From the NCBI GenBank assembly GCA_964586875.1, contig CAZPJH010000001.1, forward strand, positions 6,721 to 70,720: a DNA stretch of 64,000 bases, written 5' to 3'. The notes beneath the pieces were generated by a model that saw only the letters and a program-made list of their open reading frames with translations, did no database searches and had not been told where the DNA came from. Shown piece by piece: positions 27,197 to 37,675 of this stretch; positions within the stretch are counted from its first letter, which is position 1; the number at the start of each line of letters is the position of its first letter. A program made the position numbers and the translations under genes. Origin of the DNA: an uncultured Oscillospiraceae bacterium (GTDB lineage: Bacteria > Bacillota > Clostridia > Oscillospirales > Oscillospiraceae).

Positions 27197-28970
27197 TATG
27201 CTCGCCTCCTTCCTCTTCCAGCTTTTGCAGGTCTACCATCTTTCGGTAGGCTTCATTGGTTGTATACAGGTGATCGTGGGTGCCGTAGGCAACCACTTTG
27301 CCATCGTCCATAAACAGGATCTTATCCATTTTTTCAATGGTGGAGATCCGGTGGGCGATCAAAATGGTGGTTTTGCCCTGACGGGTTTGGCGCAGGTTGT
27401 GCAAAATGGTGGTCTCCGTTTTGGTATCTACAGCGGAAACGCTGTCATCCAAGATCAGGATGGGGGAGTCCTTCATCAGCGCTCTTGCAATGGAAATTCG
27501 CTGCTTTTGGCCACCGGAAACGGTAACACCCCGTTCGCCTAAAACAGTGCCGTACCCCATCTGGAATTCGGAAATGTTGCTGTGAATATCAGCCATTTCT
27601 GCGGCCTTGATCACAGAACTGTGATTTCGCTCATTCACACCGAAGCCGATGTTGTTTTCGATGGTGTCTGAGAACAGGAAGTTGTCCTGAGGCACATAGG
27701 CGCAACCGTCACGGACGGAGCGAATGGTAACGTCGTTGACATCGTGACCGTCGATGAACAAAGTGCCGTCTGGCACATTGTAAGTACGCAGGATCAAATC
27801 CACCAAGGTGGTTTTTCCGCAGCCGGTTTTGCCGACCAGACCGACGTTTTCTCCTGCGTGGATGGTGAAAGACACGTTTTCCAGTGCATCAAATTCACCG
27901 TCGGGATAGCGGAAACTGAGGTTTCTAAACTCAATATCACCTTTGACATTGTCCAGCGGAACAGCATTTTCTTTATCCTTCACAGCCACAGGAGCGTCCA
28001 AAAGTGCGCTGATGCGGTTGAGGGAGGCTTTGCCTCGGGAGTGCATATCGATCAGCTCCGAAACGGCCATAATGGGCCAAACCACTGCGTTGAAGTAACC
28101 GATAAATTCCATCAGTTGACCGGCGTTAAAGCTGCCTTTGTACACCAGATAGCCGCCGTAGCCCAGGATCACGCAAATCACGCTTTCCACAAAACTGGTG
28201 ACCAGAATACGCATGAGAACACTGGTTTTGGTAAAGTCGATATTGGCATCCTCATTTTCCACATTCAATTTTTTAAAGGCCAGCAGCTCTTTGGTTTCTT
28301 TCACAAAGGCTTTGATCACGGCAATGCCGGAGAAACTTTCCTGAGAGAAATCGGAAAGGGCAGAGAAGCATTCCTGTCGTTTGTCCCACTTTTTCGTCAT
28401 CACAGAGCCTACGACACTGGCACTGGCAAAAAGCAAAGCCATGGGGATCATGGAAAGGATGGTCAGAAGACGATCCATCTGCCACATTTCCCGGATGGCC
28501 AGAGTACCCAGAATGATGGCATCAAAAAACTGCATAAAGCCCCAGCCGTAGCATTCCTGCACCGTGTCCAGGTCGTTGGTGTACAGGCTCATCAGATCGC
28601 CTACTTTGTTGACCTGATAATATTCCCGGCTGAGCTTTTCGGAATGGGCGAACATTTTGCTGCGCAGATCGTTTTCCATTTTGGTGGCGGCACCGAAAAT
28701 ACACACACGCCAGACAAATCGACCAAAAACGATGGCAATGATGATCCGGGCCATGGGCAGACAGATCCGATCCAGCAGGAAGTCCATGTCAAAGGCCATG
28801 CGGACACCGTCTACATCTACATAACCATAGTCCAGACCGTTGATGACCATTCGGTAGAGTTTGGGAACTTCCAGCTGCAAATAGTCTACGGTGAACAGAG
28901 CCGCAAGTCCTGCCAGCAACAGAAGGCCATAGCGTAGATAGTAACGATTGATATGTTTACCAAATACCAT
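27189..28970 (-). CDS. ABC exporter fused TMD-NBD, subunit A (degenerate Walker B)
   Basis: GKTGCGKT, VSGGQKQR, ILDDSVSAVD; start MVFGKHIN. Confidence 0.92.
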   Translation of the reverse strand: MVFGKHINRYYLRYGLLLLAGLAALFTVDYLQLEVPKLYRMVINGLDYGYVDVDGVRMAFDMDFLLDRICLPMARIIIAIVFGRFVWRVCIFGAATKMENDLRSKMFAHSEKLSREYYQVNKVGDLMSLYTNDLDTVQECYGWGFMQFFDAIILGTLAIREMWQMDRLLTILSMIPMALLFASASVVGSVMTKKWDKRQECFSALSDFSQESFSGIAVIKAFVKETKELLAFKKLNVENEDANIDFTKTSVLMRILVTSFVESVICVILGYGGYLVYKGSFNAGQLMEFIGYFNAVVWPIMAVSELIDMHSRGKASLNRISALLDAPVAVKDKENAVPLDNVKGDIEFRNLSFRYPDGEFDALENVSFTIHAGENVGLVGKTGCGKTTLVDLILRTYNVPDGTLFIDGHDVNDVTIRSVRDGCAYVPQDNFLFSDTIENNIGFGVNERNHSSVIKAAEMADIHSNISEFQMGYGTVLGERGVTVSGGQKQRISIARALMKDSPILILDDSVSAVDTKTETTILHNLRQTRQGKTTILIAHRISTIEKMDKILFMDDGKVVAYGTHDHLYTTNEAYRKMVDLQKLEEEGGEHNA

Positions 28971-29252
28971 ACTTTTACCTTTCTCCTTCTCTTTTGTACT
29001 AACACTTATTCTACCATGACGGAAAAATACTTTCAATATCCAATTTCAAGAAAATGCACATAAAACAGAAGAATGTTTGTATATGATTGTGGAATGTGTA
29101 AATTATATGCCGGATGATTTTGTGAAATCAAACAAATCTGTTGTTTGGTGAGATTTGAATGTCTGTGCAGCGATGACGTAAGAGATCTTTTGTGATCTCT
29201 TTTCTTGCCAACGGCGCAAGAATGTTGTATAATCATGCCATAAGGAGGCGCA

Positions 29253-30419
29253 ATGTTTATGAAAGAGATATTGACCTATGCCATTGATCATAAGATATTG
29301 ACAAAATTGACGCTGAGCAAGCCCACTGATCCGCAGACGCTCCGCACCACCGGACGACTGATCGAGATCAAAGGAAAGCTCTATCTGGCTTTGACCCGGT
29401 TCTGTACCGACGGAAAGGCGATCCAGAAGAATTACCCTGCGGAAGAAGCGGTACAGATCGTGGCAGACTGGATCCCGAGCGCATATGGGGCAATAAACAT
29501 TCAAACGCCTGCCGGAAACTGCGAAGTGAAAGTGTCCAAAAAGGGAAAAATCACTGTCCTTGATCGGATCAAGCGGGATCAGGCTGCACCACTGCCTTTG
29601 GAACATGATCGGCGGAAGCAGTATATTATCGGGGATGGGGAAGTGGTGGATTTCCTGGTGGAACTGGGCGTTCAAGACAAAAACGGCCAGATATTCGATA
29701 AAAAACGCTCTAAATTCAGGCAAATCAATCGGTTCCTGGAAATTGTGGCAGATGTGGAAAGCGTCATCGTCACGGGGGAGGAACTCTATATTCTGGATCT
29801 GTGCTGCGGCAAGAGCTATCTGAGCTTTGCGCTGTACTACTATTTCGCCCGCATTCGAGGGCTGAAAGTGGTGATGGACTGTGTGGATCTGAAAAAAGAT
29901 GTGATCGATTTTTGCAACAGCGTTGCCCAAAAGCTGCACTATGAGGGCCTGCACTTTATGGCCGGGGATATTCGGAGTTTTGAAATTCGCCGTGCACCGG
30001 ATTTGACGGTTTCCCTCCATGCCTGCGACATTGCGACGGATATCGTGCTGGCCAAAGGCATCGACTCCGGCTCTCGGGTGATTTTGTCCACGCCCTGCTG
30101 CCACCATGAAATGATGCACCAGTTGAAACCCCAGGGCAGACCAACGGATTTTTTGCTGGAACATTCCATTTTGAAGCAAAAGTTTGCAGATGCTGCCACC
30201 GATGCCCTGCGCTGCAAGGTGCTGCAGATCAAAGGCTATGATGTGTGCGCCATGGAATTGATCGACCCGGAAGAAACACCGAAAAATGTGTTGATCCGTG
30301 GAATCAGATCCAATGCATCCGGTGAAAAACGGAAGCAAGCGCTTTTGGAGGAATATCGACAGATCTGCACCATGCTGGAGATCAAGCCTTATCTTGGCTC
30401 TTGGTACAACTTGCTGTAA
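29253..30419 (+). CDS. Class I SAM-dependent methyltransferase
   Basis: KFRQINRFLE, ILDLCCGKSYL, SLHACDIATD, PCCHHE. Confidence 0.88.
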   Translation: MFMKEILTYAIDHKILTKLTLSKPTDPQTLRTTGRLIEIKGKLYLALTRFCTDGKAIQKNYPAEEAVQIVADWIPSAYGAINIQTPAGNCEVKVSKKGKITVLDRIKRDQAAPLPLEHDRRKQYIIGDGEVVDFLVELGVQDKNGQIFDKKRSKFRQINRFLEIVADVESVIVTGEELYILDLCCGKSYLSFALYYYFARIRGLKVVMDCVDLKKDVIDFCNSVAQKLHYEGLHFMAGDIRSFEIRRAPDLTVSLHACDIATDIVLAKGIDSGSRVILSTPCCHHEMMHQLKPQGRPTDFLLEHSILKQKFADAATDALRCKVLQIKGYDVCAMELIDPEETPKNVLIRGIRSNASGEKRKQALLEEYRQICTMLEIKPYLGSWYNLL

Positions 30420-30609
30420 AATACGCATCAATATTGTGCAAAATGACGGCTTTACCCCTGAAATCGGGGGAGAAGGCCGTTTTTTGCAGGTGAAAATTCA
30501 AAAATTAACGTATTCCTCGTTGACAAATCTTTCATTTCTTGTTAAACTTAGTACAAGTATTGTTATGCCTATTTCCGGGGCGTAGAGGAAACTTCATCAA
30601 AGGACGGTA

Positions 30610-31101
30610 ATGAATATGGGATTTTTTAAAAAGTTATTTGCAAAACCGATGGACGAGCTGTGCGCTCCTGTGGCAGGTCGCGCTGTGCCTGTGACCCAAG
30701 TGCCCGACCCCACTTTTGCAGAAGAGATGCTGGGTAAGGGGATTGCCGTTGAGCCTACTGAGGGCAAGGTCTACGCTCCCTGTGATGCCACTGTGGATAT
30801 GATGTTCACCACCGGCCATGCAGTCAGCCTGGTGGCTGATTGCGGCGCAGAGATCCTGATCCATGTGGGCCTGGAAACCGTCAGCCTGGAAGGTAAGCAC
30901 TTTACCGTGCGCGCCAACAATGGCGACAAGGTGAAAAAGGGCGATCTGCTCATTGAGTTTGATCTGGAAGCCATTAAGGCAGCCGGATTCAATACCATCA
31001 CCCCCATGGTGGTGTGTAACAGCGGTGATTATACCACCTTCAACACGCATGTGGATCAGACTGTGACCAACGGCGATGTGGTCATTGAACTTGCCAAGTA
31101 A
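30610..31101 (+). CDS. crr: PTS glucose-family EIIA component
   Basis: VPDPTFA..LGKGIAV, TGHAVSL, ILIHVGLETV. Confidence 0.9.
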   Translation: MNMGFFKKLFAKPMDELCAPVAGRAVPVTQVPDPTFAEEMLGKGIAVEPTEGKVYAPCDATVDMMFTTGHAVSLVADCGAEILIHVGLETVSLEGKHFTVRANNGDKVKKGDLLIEFDLEAIKAAGFNTITPMVVCNSGDYTTFNTHVDQTVTNGDVVIELAK

Positions 31102-31111
31102 GGAGTAACCT

Positions 31112-32725
31112 ATGAATCAAGGCAAAGGATTGCCGGTTTTCCCCGGCGTAGCCATCGGTAATGCGGTGGTTTACCGCAAGTCCGAGCGAAATCTTCCTGT
31201 TTCCAGCGGCGATCCTGCTCTGGAGCAGGCAAAGTTTGATGCCGCCCGTGAGACCGCACGGCAACAGCTGACAGCCCTGTATGAAAAGGCAAAGGCTGAG
31301 ATCGGCGAAGAGCAGGCAGCCATCATTGAAGTGCAGATGCTGATGGTGGACGACCTGGATTACCTGGATGCCGTATCTGCCGCCATTGCCGACGGTGCCG
31401 CCGCTGCACTGGCAGCACTGGACTGCGGTGAGGAATTTGCTCAGGTCTTTGCGGCCATGGACGATGAGTACATGAACGCCCGTTCGGCGGATATTCGGGA
31501 TATGTCCCACCGTATTTATGATATTCTCTGTGGAAACACCGGTTTCCAGCTGCAGGATGGCTCTTTCCTGCTGGTGGCCGAGGATCTGGCACCCAGCGAA
31601 ACGATTCAGCTTCCCAGAGAGCGGATCTTGGCCTTTGTTACCCGACAGGGTTCTTCTTCCAGCCACACGGCCATCTTGGCTCGTACATTGAATATTCCCT
31701 CCCTTGTCCAATCGGACATCAGTTTGGATGTGGCAGAAAACTGTAAGGTTTTGGCAGTGGATGGCTTCACCGGTACCTGGTATGCAGATCCCGACGAGGA
31801 AACCATGCAGATGCTGCTGCAAAAGCAGGCTGCCGCCGCAGATGCCAGAGCTGCACTGGAAGCTTTCCGGGGCAAAGAGAGCATCACCAAGTCCGGCAAG
31901 AAAGTGCTGCTGTGCGCCAATATTGGCAATCCCGAGGATGCCGAGGCTGCCCTCAAAGCCGATGCCGAGGGCGTTGGCCTGATGAGAAGTGAGTTCCTCT
32001 ATTTGGGTCGGGACAGCTTGCCCACAGAGGATGAACTGTTTGAAGCTTATAAAAAGGTAGCTGTGACCATGGGCGATCGTCCGGTGGTCATCCGCACCCT
32101 GGATATCGGTGCAGATAAGCAGGTGGATTATTTGGGTCTGGAGCAGGAGGAAAACCCGGCTCTGGGTCTGCGTGGCCTGCGGATCTGCCTGACCAGAGAA
32201 GAGATTTTCCGTCCTCAGCTGCGTGCCATTTATCGAGCCAGCGCTTTTGGTAATTTGAGCGTTATGTTCCCTATGGTGGCATCTGTTTGGGAGTTGAAAG
32301 CGGCTAAGGCACTGTGCTTCCGTATCCGCAAGGAATTGCAGGCGGAAGGTATTGAAACCAAGGAAGTACCCATCGGCGTAATGGTGGAAACCCCTGCCGC
32401 CGCCGTCATGGCACACGAACTGGCCAAGGAAGCTGCCTTCTTCAGCGTCGGTACCAACGATTTGACCCAGTATACGCTGGCTGTTGATCGTCAGAATGCC
32501 AAGCTGGACAAGTTCTATGATCCCTACCACCCGGCGCTGATGGCGCTGCTTGCCCACATCGCCAAGGCCGCCAACGATAATGGCATCTGGGCCGGTATTT
32601 GCGGCGAATTGGGCGCAGATACCAAAATGACAGAAACATTCCTGAAAATGGGATATACCGAGCTGAGCATGGCTGCCGGCCGTGTGCTGGAAGTGCGTAA
32701 GCTCGTCAGTGAAAGTGAGGTTTAA
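31112..32725 (+). CDS. ptsI: PTS enzyme I
   Basis: SSHTAILAR (phospho-His), GLMRSEFL, RTLDIGADK, GTNDLTQY, GICGE. Confidence 0.95.
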   Translation: MNQGKGLPVFPGVAIGNAVVYRKSERNLPVSSGDPALEQAKFDAARETARQQLTALYEKAKAEIGEEQAAIIEVQMLMVDDLDYLDAVSAAIADGAAAALAALDCGEEFAQVFAAMDDEYMNARSADIRDMSHRIYDILCGNTGFQLQDGSFLLVAEDLAPSETIQLPRERILAFVTRQGSSSSHTAILARTLNIPSLVQSDISLDVAENCKVLAVDGFTGTWYADPDEETMQMLLQKQAAAADARAALEAFRGKESITKSGKKVLLCANIGNPEDAEAALKADAEGVGLMRSEFLYLGRDSLPTEDELFEAYKKVAVTMGDRPVVIRTLDIGADKQVDYLGLEQEENPALGLRGLRICLTREEIFRPQLRAIYRASAFGNLSVMFPMVASVWELKAAKALCFRIRKELQAEGIETKEVPIGVMVETPAAAVMAHELAKEAAFFSVGTNDLTQYTLAVDRQNAKLDKFYDPYHPALMALLAHIAKAANDNGIWAGICGELGADTKMTETFLKMGYTELSMAAGRVLEVRKLVSESEV

Positions 32726-32728
32726 CTT

Positions 32729-32986
32729 ATGAAAGAATTTACCCATGTGATCGCTGACCCTCTGGGTCTGCACGCTCGTCCCGCCGGTATGCTGGTGAAA
32801 GCCTGCGCAGGCTACGCTTCCACCGTTACCGTCACCGCTCCCACCGGCAAGGCTGATGCCAAGCGGCTGATGGCTGTCATGCGTCTGGCTGCCAAGCAGG
32901 GCATGGAGTTGACCGTGTCCGTGGAAGGCGCTGACGAAGAGAAGGCAGCTGCCGAGCTGAAGGCTTTCCTGGAAGCCAATCTGTAA
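32729..32986 (+). CDS. ptsH: HPr phosphocarrier (Ser46 position is Arg)
   Basis: GLHARPA (His15); ADAKRLMAVM in place of NAKSIMGVM. Confidence 0.92.
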   Translation: MKEFTHVIADPLGLHARPAGMLVKACAGYASTVTVTAPTGKADAKRLMAVMRLAAKQGMELTVSVEGADEEKAAAELKAFLEANL

Positions 32987-33143
32987 TTTTTGTCAAATAA
33001 AGCAGAAAAGGGACGTCCCTTTTCTGCTGTTCCCGCAGGGGAACAGCAATGCTTTTTTGAAATTCCCTTATATTCATGACCGTTGTGGGCCAGCGGCCAA
33101 CAAGAAATACAAGGGTAGAGATTTTTAAGGAGGATATTTTTGT

Positions 33144-34631
33144 ATGATGAAAAAACTGCAAAAGCTGGGTAGCGCTCTGATGCTGCCTGTTGCTGCGCTG
33201 CCCATCTGTGGTATCCTGATGGGTCTGGGTTACGCCTTCGCTCCCGCTGCTATGGGTGCTGCAGGTGCAACTTCCGGTTTCGCTTATTCTCTGGGTCTGT
33301 TCCTGATCAAGGCCGGTGGCGCTCTGATCGATAACATGGCCGTCCTGTTCGCTGTCGGTGTGGCTGTTGGTCTTGCAAAAGAGAACAACGGTACTGCCGG
33401 TCTGGCAGGTCTGATCTCCTGGCTGATGATGACCACTCTGGTGGGCGCTGCCGGCGCTATCATCCCCAGCCTGGCTGAGGACAAGACCTGGGCACTGGCT
33501 TACCAGAAGATCGCCAACCCCTTCACCGGCATTCTGGCCGGTATCATCGGTGGCCTGTGCTACAACAAGTTTAAGGACACCAAGCTGCCCGACGTTCTGG
33601 CATTCTTCTCCGGCAAGCGTTCCGTCGCTATTGTGACCGGCGTTGTTTCCATCGTCGTGTCCGCTGTCCTGATGTTTGTCTGGCCCGTCATCTTCAGCGC
33701 TCTGGTCGCTGTTGGTAACGCTATCAAGGGTCTGGGCGCACTGGGCGCTGGTATCTACGCTTTCCTGAACCGTCTGCTGATCCCCTTCGGCCTGCACCAC
33801 GCTCTGAACAACGTGTTCTGGTTCGATACCATCGGCCTGGGCGACCTGACTGCTTACTGGGGCGGTCTGGTTGAAGGCGGCGTCATGGGCAACGGCACTG
33901 TCATCGACTGGTCCGTTGGTATGTACATGGCTGGCTTCTTCCCCTGCATGATGTTCGGTATCCTGGGCGGCGCTCTGGCTATGATCCTGACTGCTAAGTC
34001 CAACAAGCGTAAGGCTACCATCGGTATCGTTGGTTCTGCTGCTATCTGCGCTCTGCTGTGCGGCGTCACCGAGCCCTTCGAGTTCGCTTTCATGTTCCTG
34101 GCATTCCCCCTGTATGTCGTTTACGCTCTGCTGTACGGCATCTTCACCTACATCACCGTCGCTCTGGGCTTCCGCGCTGGCTTCTGCTTCTCCGCTGGCC
34201 TGACCGACCTGATCTTCTCTGCTTCTCTGCCCGCAGCTGCTAAGACCTGGCTGATCCTGCCTCTGGGCGCTGCTGCCTTCATCGTCTTCTTCCTGGTGTT
34301 CTACTTCGCCATCAAGAAGTTCGACCTGAAGACTCCCGGCCGTGAAGATGACGGTGAGGACGAGCTGAAGATCGAGCTGGCTAACGACGACTACACCGCT
34401 ATGGCTGAGATCATTCTGGAAGGCCTGGGCGGCAAGGACAACATCGTGTCCATCGATCACTGCATCACCCGTCTGCGTCTGGAAGTGAAGGACCGTCTGC
34501 TGGTTGACGAGAAGAAGATCAAGTCCTCCGGCGCCTCCGGCGTTATCCGTCCCGGCAAGACCTCCGTTCAGGTCGTTATCGGCCCCAAGGTCCAGTTCGT
34601 TCACGACGAATTCAAGAAGCTGTGCAAGTAA
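33144..34631 (+). CDS. nagE: PTS N-acetylglucosamine-type EIICB
   Basis: LQKLGSALMLPVA, FFSGKR, NRLLIPFGLHH, GVTEPFEF, HCITRLR; strongly biased codon usage. Confidence 0.88.
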   Translation: MMKKLQKLGSALMLPVAALPICGILMGLGYAFAPAAMGAAGATSGFAYSLGLFLIKAGGALIDNMAVLFAVGVAVGLAKENNGTAGLAGLISWLMMTTLVGAAGAIIPSLAEDKTWALAYQKIANPFTGILAGIIGGLCYNKFKDTKLPDVLAFFSGKRSVAIVTGVVSIVVSAVLMFVWPVIFSALVAVGNAIKGLGALGAGIYAFLNRLLIPFGLHHALNNVFWFDTIGLGDLTAYWGGLVEGGVMGNGTVIDWSVGMYMAGFFPCMMFGILGGALAMILTAKSNKRKATIGIVGSAAICALLCGVTEPFEFAFMFLAFPLYVVYALLYGIFTYITVALGFRAGFCFSAGLTDLIFSASLPAAAKTWLILPLGAAAFIVFFLVFYFAIKKFDLKTPGREDDGEDELKIELANDDYTAMAEIILEGLGGKDNIVSIDHCITRLRLEVKDRLLVDEKKIKSSGASGVIRPGKTSVQVVIGPKVQFVHDEFKKLCK

Positions 34632-34674
34632 GCACTCCTTCTGCGGCTATGGCCCACATAGTCTAACGAAAAAG

Positions 34675-34704
34675 AACAGCCCTCCGCTTGGAGGGCTGTT
34701 TTTA
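34675..34704. terminator. Bidirectional terminator
   Basis: aacagccctcc-gctt-ggagggctgtt-ttt. Confidence 0.8.
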
Positions 34705-34716
34705 TATTTGCCGGGT

Positions 34717-35754
34717 CTATTTTTCTTCTAAGATGACGGTGAATCGGCAACCACCCAGGGGGAGATTATCTGCTTTTACGCTGCCACCTTCCAAGGTCAG
34801 GATCCGCTTTACCAGTGCCAGTCCCAGACCGTTTCCCTGTTCCCGATGGGAACTGTCAGCTTGATAAAATTTGTCGAAGATGTGGGCTGCGGCTTCTTCC
34901 GGGATGCCGGGGCCAACATCGGCCACGGTGCAGCACAGGTGCCCGTTTTCTTTGCTCAGGCGGATCGTGATGCAGCCGCCGACAGGGTTGAACTTAATAG
35001 CGTTGGAAAGCAGATTGTCCCACACGTGGTGTAGCAGCATTTCGTTGCCATAGTAGGAAACTTCCTCCAGATCTACGTCAAACTCCATGTCTTTTGGTGC
35101 CCAAAGAGCCTCCAGCGCCAAAATGGATTGCCGGATCTGCTCATCCAGACGAAAGCGGCTTTGGTTGGTGGGGATGGATTGATTGTCGATTTTGGATAAA
35201 AGCAAAATGCTGCCGGTTAGGGAAGAAAGACGCTTGGTGTTAAAAATGATTTTCTCCACATATTCCTGTTGCTGGGGATTGAGATTGCTGCTGTTCTGGA
35301 GCAGGGTGGAATAGCCTTCAATGGCATTGAGGGGGGTCTTGAATTCATGGGAGGCGTTGGAAACAAAGTCGGTCTGCAAAATTTCTGTGTTGCCCAGTTC
35401 TTTTGCCATCAGATTGAAGCCGGCATAAATATCCTGCACTTCCGGGGCGGTAGATTTTCCATCCAATCGAACAGAAAAATCGCCTGTTGCCACTTGTGCC
35501 ATGGCGTTGGTCAGTTTTTTGATGGGGTGAAAGAACATCCGAGATAACAGATAAGTCAGGGCCGTACTCAGCAACAAACTTAATACGATCAATGTCAGCA
35601 GAGAGTGATCGCTCCAGCGGCCAAAAATGCTGTCCGGGAAAATAATGCTCAGCAAGTAGGCGATGCCCACGACCAGGACCATCTCCAAGGCTACCATCAG
35701 CAGCATTCGCCATTGCAGGCTCAGTCCCCGACGCTGCCTGCGCTCTTTATTCAT
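34717..35754 (-). CDS. HAMP sensor histidine kinase (intramembrane-sensing, HssS-like)
   Basis: Two close TMs, HAMP, SHEFKTPL, NLLSNAIKF, GNGLGL. Confidence 0.92.
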   Translation of the reverse strand: MNKERRQRRGLSLQWRMLLMVALEMVLVVGIAYLLSIIFPDSIFGRWSDHSLLTLIVLSLLLSTALTYLLSRMFFHPIKKLTNAMAQVATGDFSVRLDGKSTAPEVQDIYAGFNLMAKELGNTEILQTDFVSNASHEFKTPLNAIEGYSTLLQNSSNLNPQQQEYVEKIIFNTKRLSSLTGSILLLSKIDNQSIPTNQSRFRLDEQIRQSILALEALWAPKDMEFDVDLEEVSYYGNEMLLHHVWDNLLSNAIKFNPVGGCITIRLSKENGHLCCTVADVGPGIPEEAAAHIFDKFYQADSSHREQGNGLGLALVKRILTLEGGSVKADNLPLGGCRFTVILEEK

Positions 35755-36422
35755 AGCCGTACCACCTTATAACCTACGCCGCGCATGGTGATGATTTTGA
35801 AATCCGTATTATCCCGAAACCGTTCCCTTAGGCGGCCAATATGGACATCCACGGTGTGACTGTCAGAACCGGTGTCGTAGCCCCAGATCTCATCCATCAG
35901 CTGCTGACGGGTCAGGATCTTGCCGGGCAGAGAAGCCAGTTTGTACAGCAGCATAAACTCTTTTTGAGGCAGGACCAGGGTTTCTCTGGGGGTGGACACG
36001 GTAAGAGAGTCCATCTCCATGATGGTACTGCCCATGACCAGACGGCGATTGTTGATCATCTGGGCTCGACGCAGCAAGGCTTCCACTCGCAGTACCATTT
36101 CATTGACATTGATGGGTTTGACCATGTAATCATCTGTGCCGGAGAGAAAGCCCTGGCGCATATCATCAAAGGCATCCCGGGCGGTGATCATCATAATGGG
36201 AATGCTGTGTCCACTGTCGCGGAGCTGACGCACCAACGCATAGCCGTCTACCACAGGCATCATAATATCGGAGATGATCATGTCGAAATAATCATTTTCC
36301 ATGGCATCCAGTGCTTCCTGACCGTTTGCCACACCGGTAACGGCATAGCCATGGGAAATCAGCACATGGGAAAATAGCTGCCGCAGCTCTCGATCATCTT
36401 CAGCAATCAAAATTTTCATCAT
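35751..36422 (-). CDS. OmpR-family response regulator (HssR-like)
   Basis: AEDD, DIMMP, DDYMVKP, TVDVHIGRLR. Confidence 0.93.
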   Translation of the reverse strand: MMKILIAEDDRELRQLFSHVLISHGYAVTGVANGQEALDAMENDYFDMIISDIMMPVVDGYALVRQLRDSGHSIPIMMITARDAFDDMRQGFLSGTDDYMVKPINVNEMVLRVEALLRRAQMINNRRLVMGSTIMEMDSLTVSTPRETLVLPQKEFMLLYKLASLPGKILTRQQLMDEIWGYDTGSDSHTVDVHIGRLRERFRDNTDFKIITMRGVGYKVVRL

Positions 36423-36639
36423 AGGGTATTGCCTCCGTTCTCTGTGTGGATTTATGATAACACAGAAGATCTATTTTTGCCAATAGTAAATATGATCTTA
36501 TCAGAGAAATATAAAGAAAATGTCAACAGAAAATCAATAATTGTTGAAAAATAACCAGTATTTTCGGCGTTTTAGCCACATGAAAATTCCAATTTTTTAT
36601 GCTATTATATATAAAAACTTAGGAAAGCAGGGAAAAGCA

Positions 36640-37143
36640 ATGGGGTTTCAGTGCGGAGATCGGGTGGTTTATGGGGTGCATGGGGTATGCTGTGTCAGTG
36701 ATATCCAACGAAAAACGGTGGACAGGAAATCGGTGGAGTACTATGTGTTGACCCCTTGCAGCCAGGTGGATGCCACTTATTATGTGCCCACTCACAACGC
36801 TGCTGCTGTGGCCAAAATGCGTAGAATGCTGACAGCAGCAGAGCTGGATGCGCTGCTGGACTCGGATGAGATCCAGGCCGATTGCTGGATCGCCGAAGAA
36901 AATCTGCGTAAGGAATGCTATCGAAAAATGATCGCCCGGGCGGACTGTGCAGAGCTGATCGGGATGATCCGATCCTTACATCTTCATAAAAAGCGACAAC
37001 TGGAAGCAGGGAAGAAGTTTCATCTGTGTGATGAAAACTTTTTGAAAGATGCCCAGCGATTGATCGCATCGGAAGTGTCCCAAATCCTGGACATTCAGCC
37101 GGGAGAGGTGGAGGAATACATCCGCCGCCGGGTGGAAAAATAA
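36640..37143 (+). CDS. CarD family protein
   Basis: FQCGDRVVYGVHGVC..I, YYVLTP, YVP. Confidence 0.85.
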   Translation: MGFQCGDRVVYGVHGVCCVSDIQRKTVDRKSVEYYVLTPCSQVDATYYVPTHNAAAVAKMRRMLTAAELDALLDSDEIQADCWIAEENLRKECYRKMIARADCAELIGMIRSLHLHKKRQLEAGKKFHLCDENFLKDAQRLIASEVSQILDIQPGEVEEYIRRRVEK

Positions 37144-37181
37144 GAGATCGTTTGTGACAGTCTATGTAAATGTGTATTTTT

Positions 37182-37213
37182 AGGCGTATTGCGGTGGCAA
37201 TACGCCTTTTTTT
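37182..37213 (+). terminator. Terminator (variant of the GGCGTGTTGCA family)
   Basis: aggcgtattgc-ggtg-gcaatacgcct-tttttt. Confidence 0.75.
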
Positions 37214-37299
37214 ACCCGATTTCTGGAAAAAGAAACATATTTACATCTATACATGCGATATGGTATAATTACAGCAAATAAATGGGTAGGGGGCGGAAG

Positions 37300-37671
37300 A
37301 TGCGATTACAATTTCAAAAAGGGGACTGTATTGCCATCGCAGTGATTCTTTTGCTGGCTGTTGCACTGGTGATATTCTTCCTGCCCGGATCATCGGTGCC
37401 GGCAGCCAGCGTGGAGATCTATCAGAATGGCCAACTGGTAAAAACGATGCCCCTGTCCCGGGATGACAGCTATACCCTTGCAGGGGATTATACCAATGTT
37501 ATTGCTGTCAAGGATGGGAAGGTTTCTATGATCTACTCGGATTGCCCGGGGGGAGATTGCATACACAGCGGTTCGATTTCCTCCACAGGGCGTAGCATCG
37601 TATGCCTGCCCAATGGGGTAGAGGTACGCATTGTTGGAAAGACCGACAATGTGGACTTTGTAGTGGGGTGA
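37300..37671 (+). CDS. NusG domain II / DUF1312 membrane-anchored protein (EetB-like)
   Basis: KGD..I TM helix; SDCPGGDCIHSG.I.....IVCLPN. Confidence 0.88.
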   Translation: MRLQFQKGDCIAIAVILLLAVALVIFFLPGSSVPAASVEIYQNGQLVKTMPLSRDDSYTLAGDYTNVIAVKDGKVSMIYSDCPGGDCIHSGSISSTGRSIVCLPNGVEVRIVGKTDNVDFVVG

Positions 37672-37675
37672 TGTG

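Noticed and set aside
31082-34604. 563-aa and 575-aa minus-strand ORFs
   Set aside because: Antisense to ptsI and nagE, which have clear family motifs
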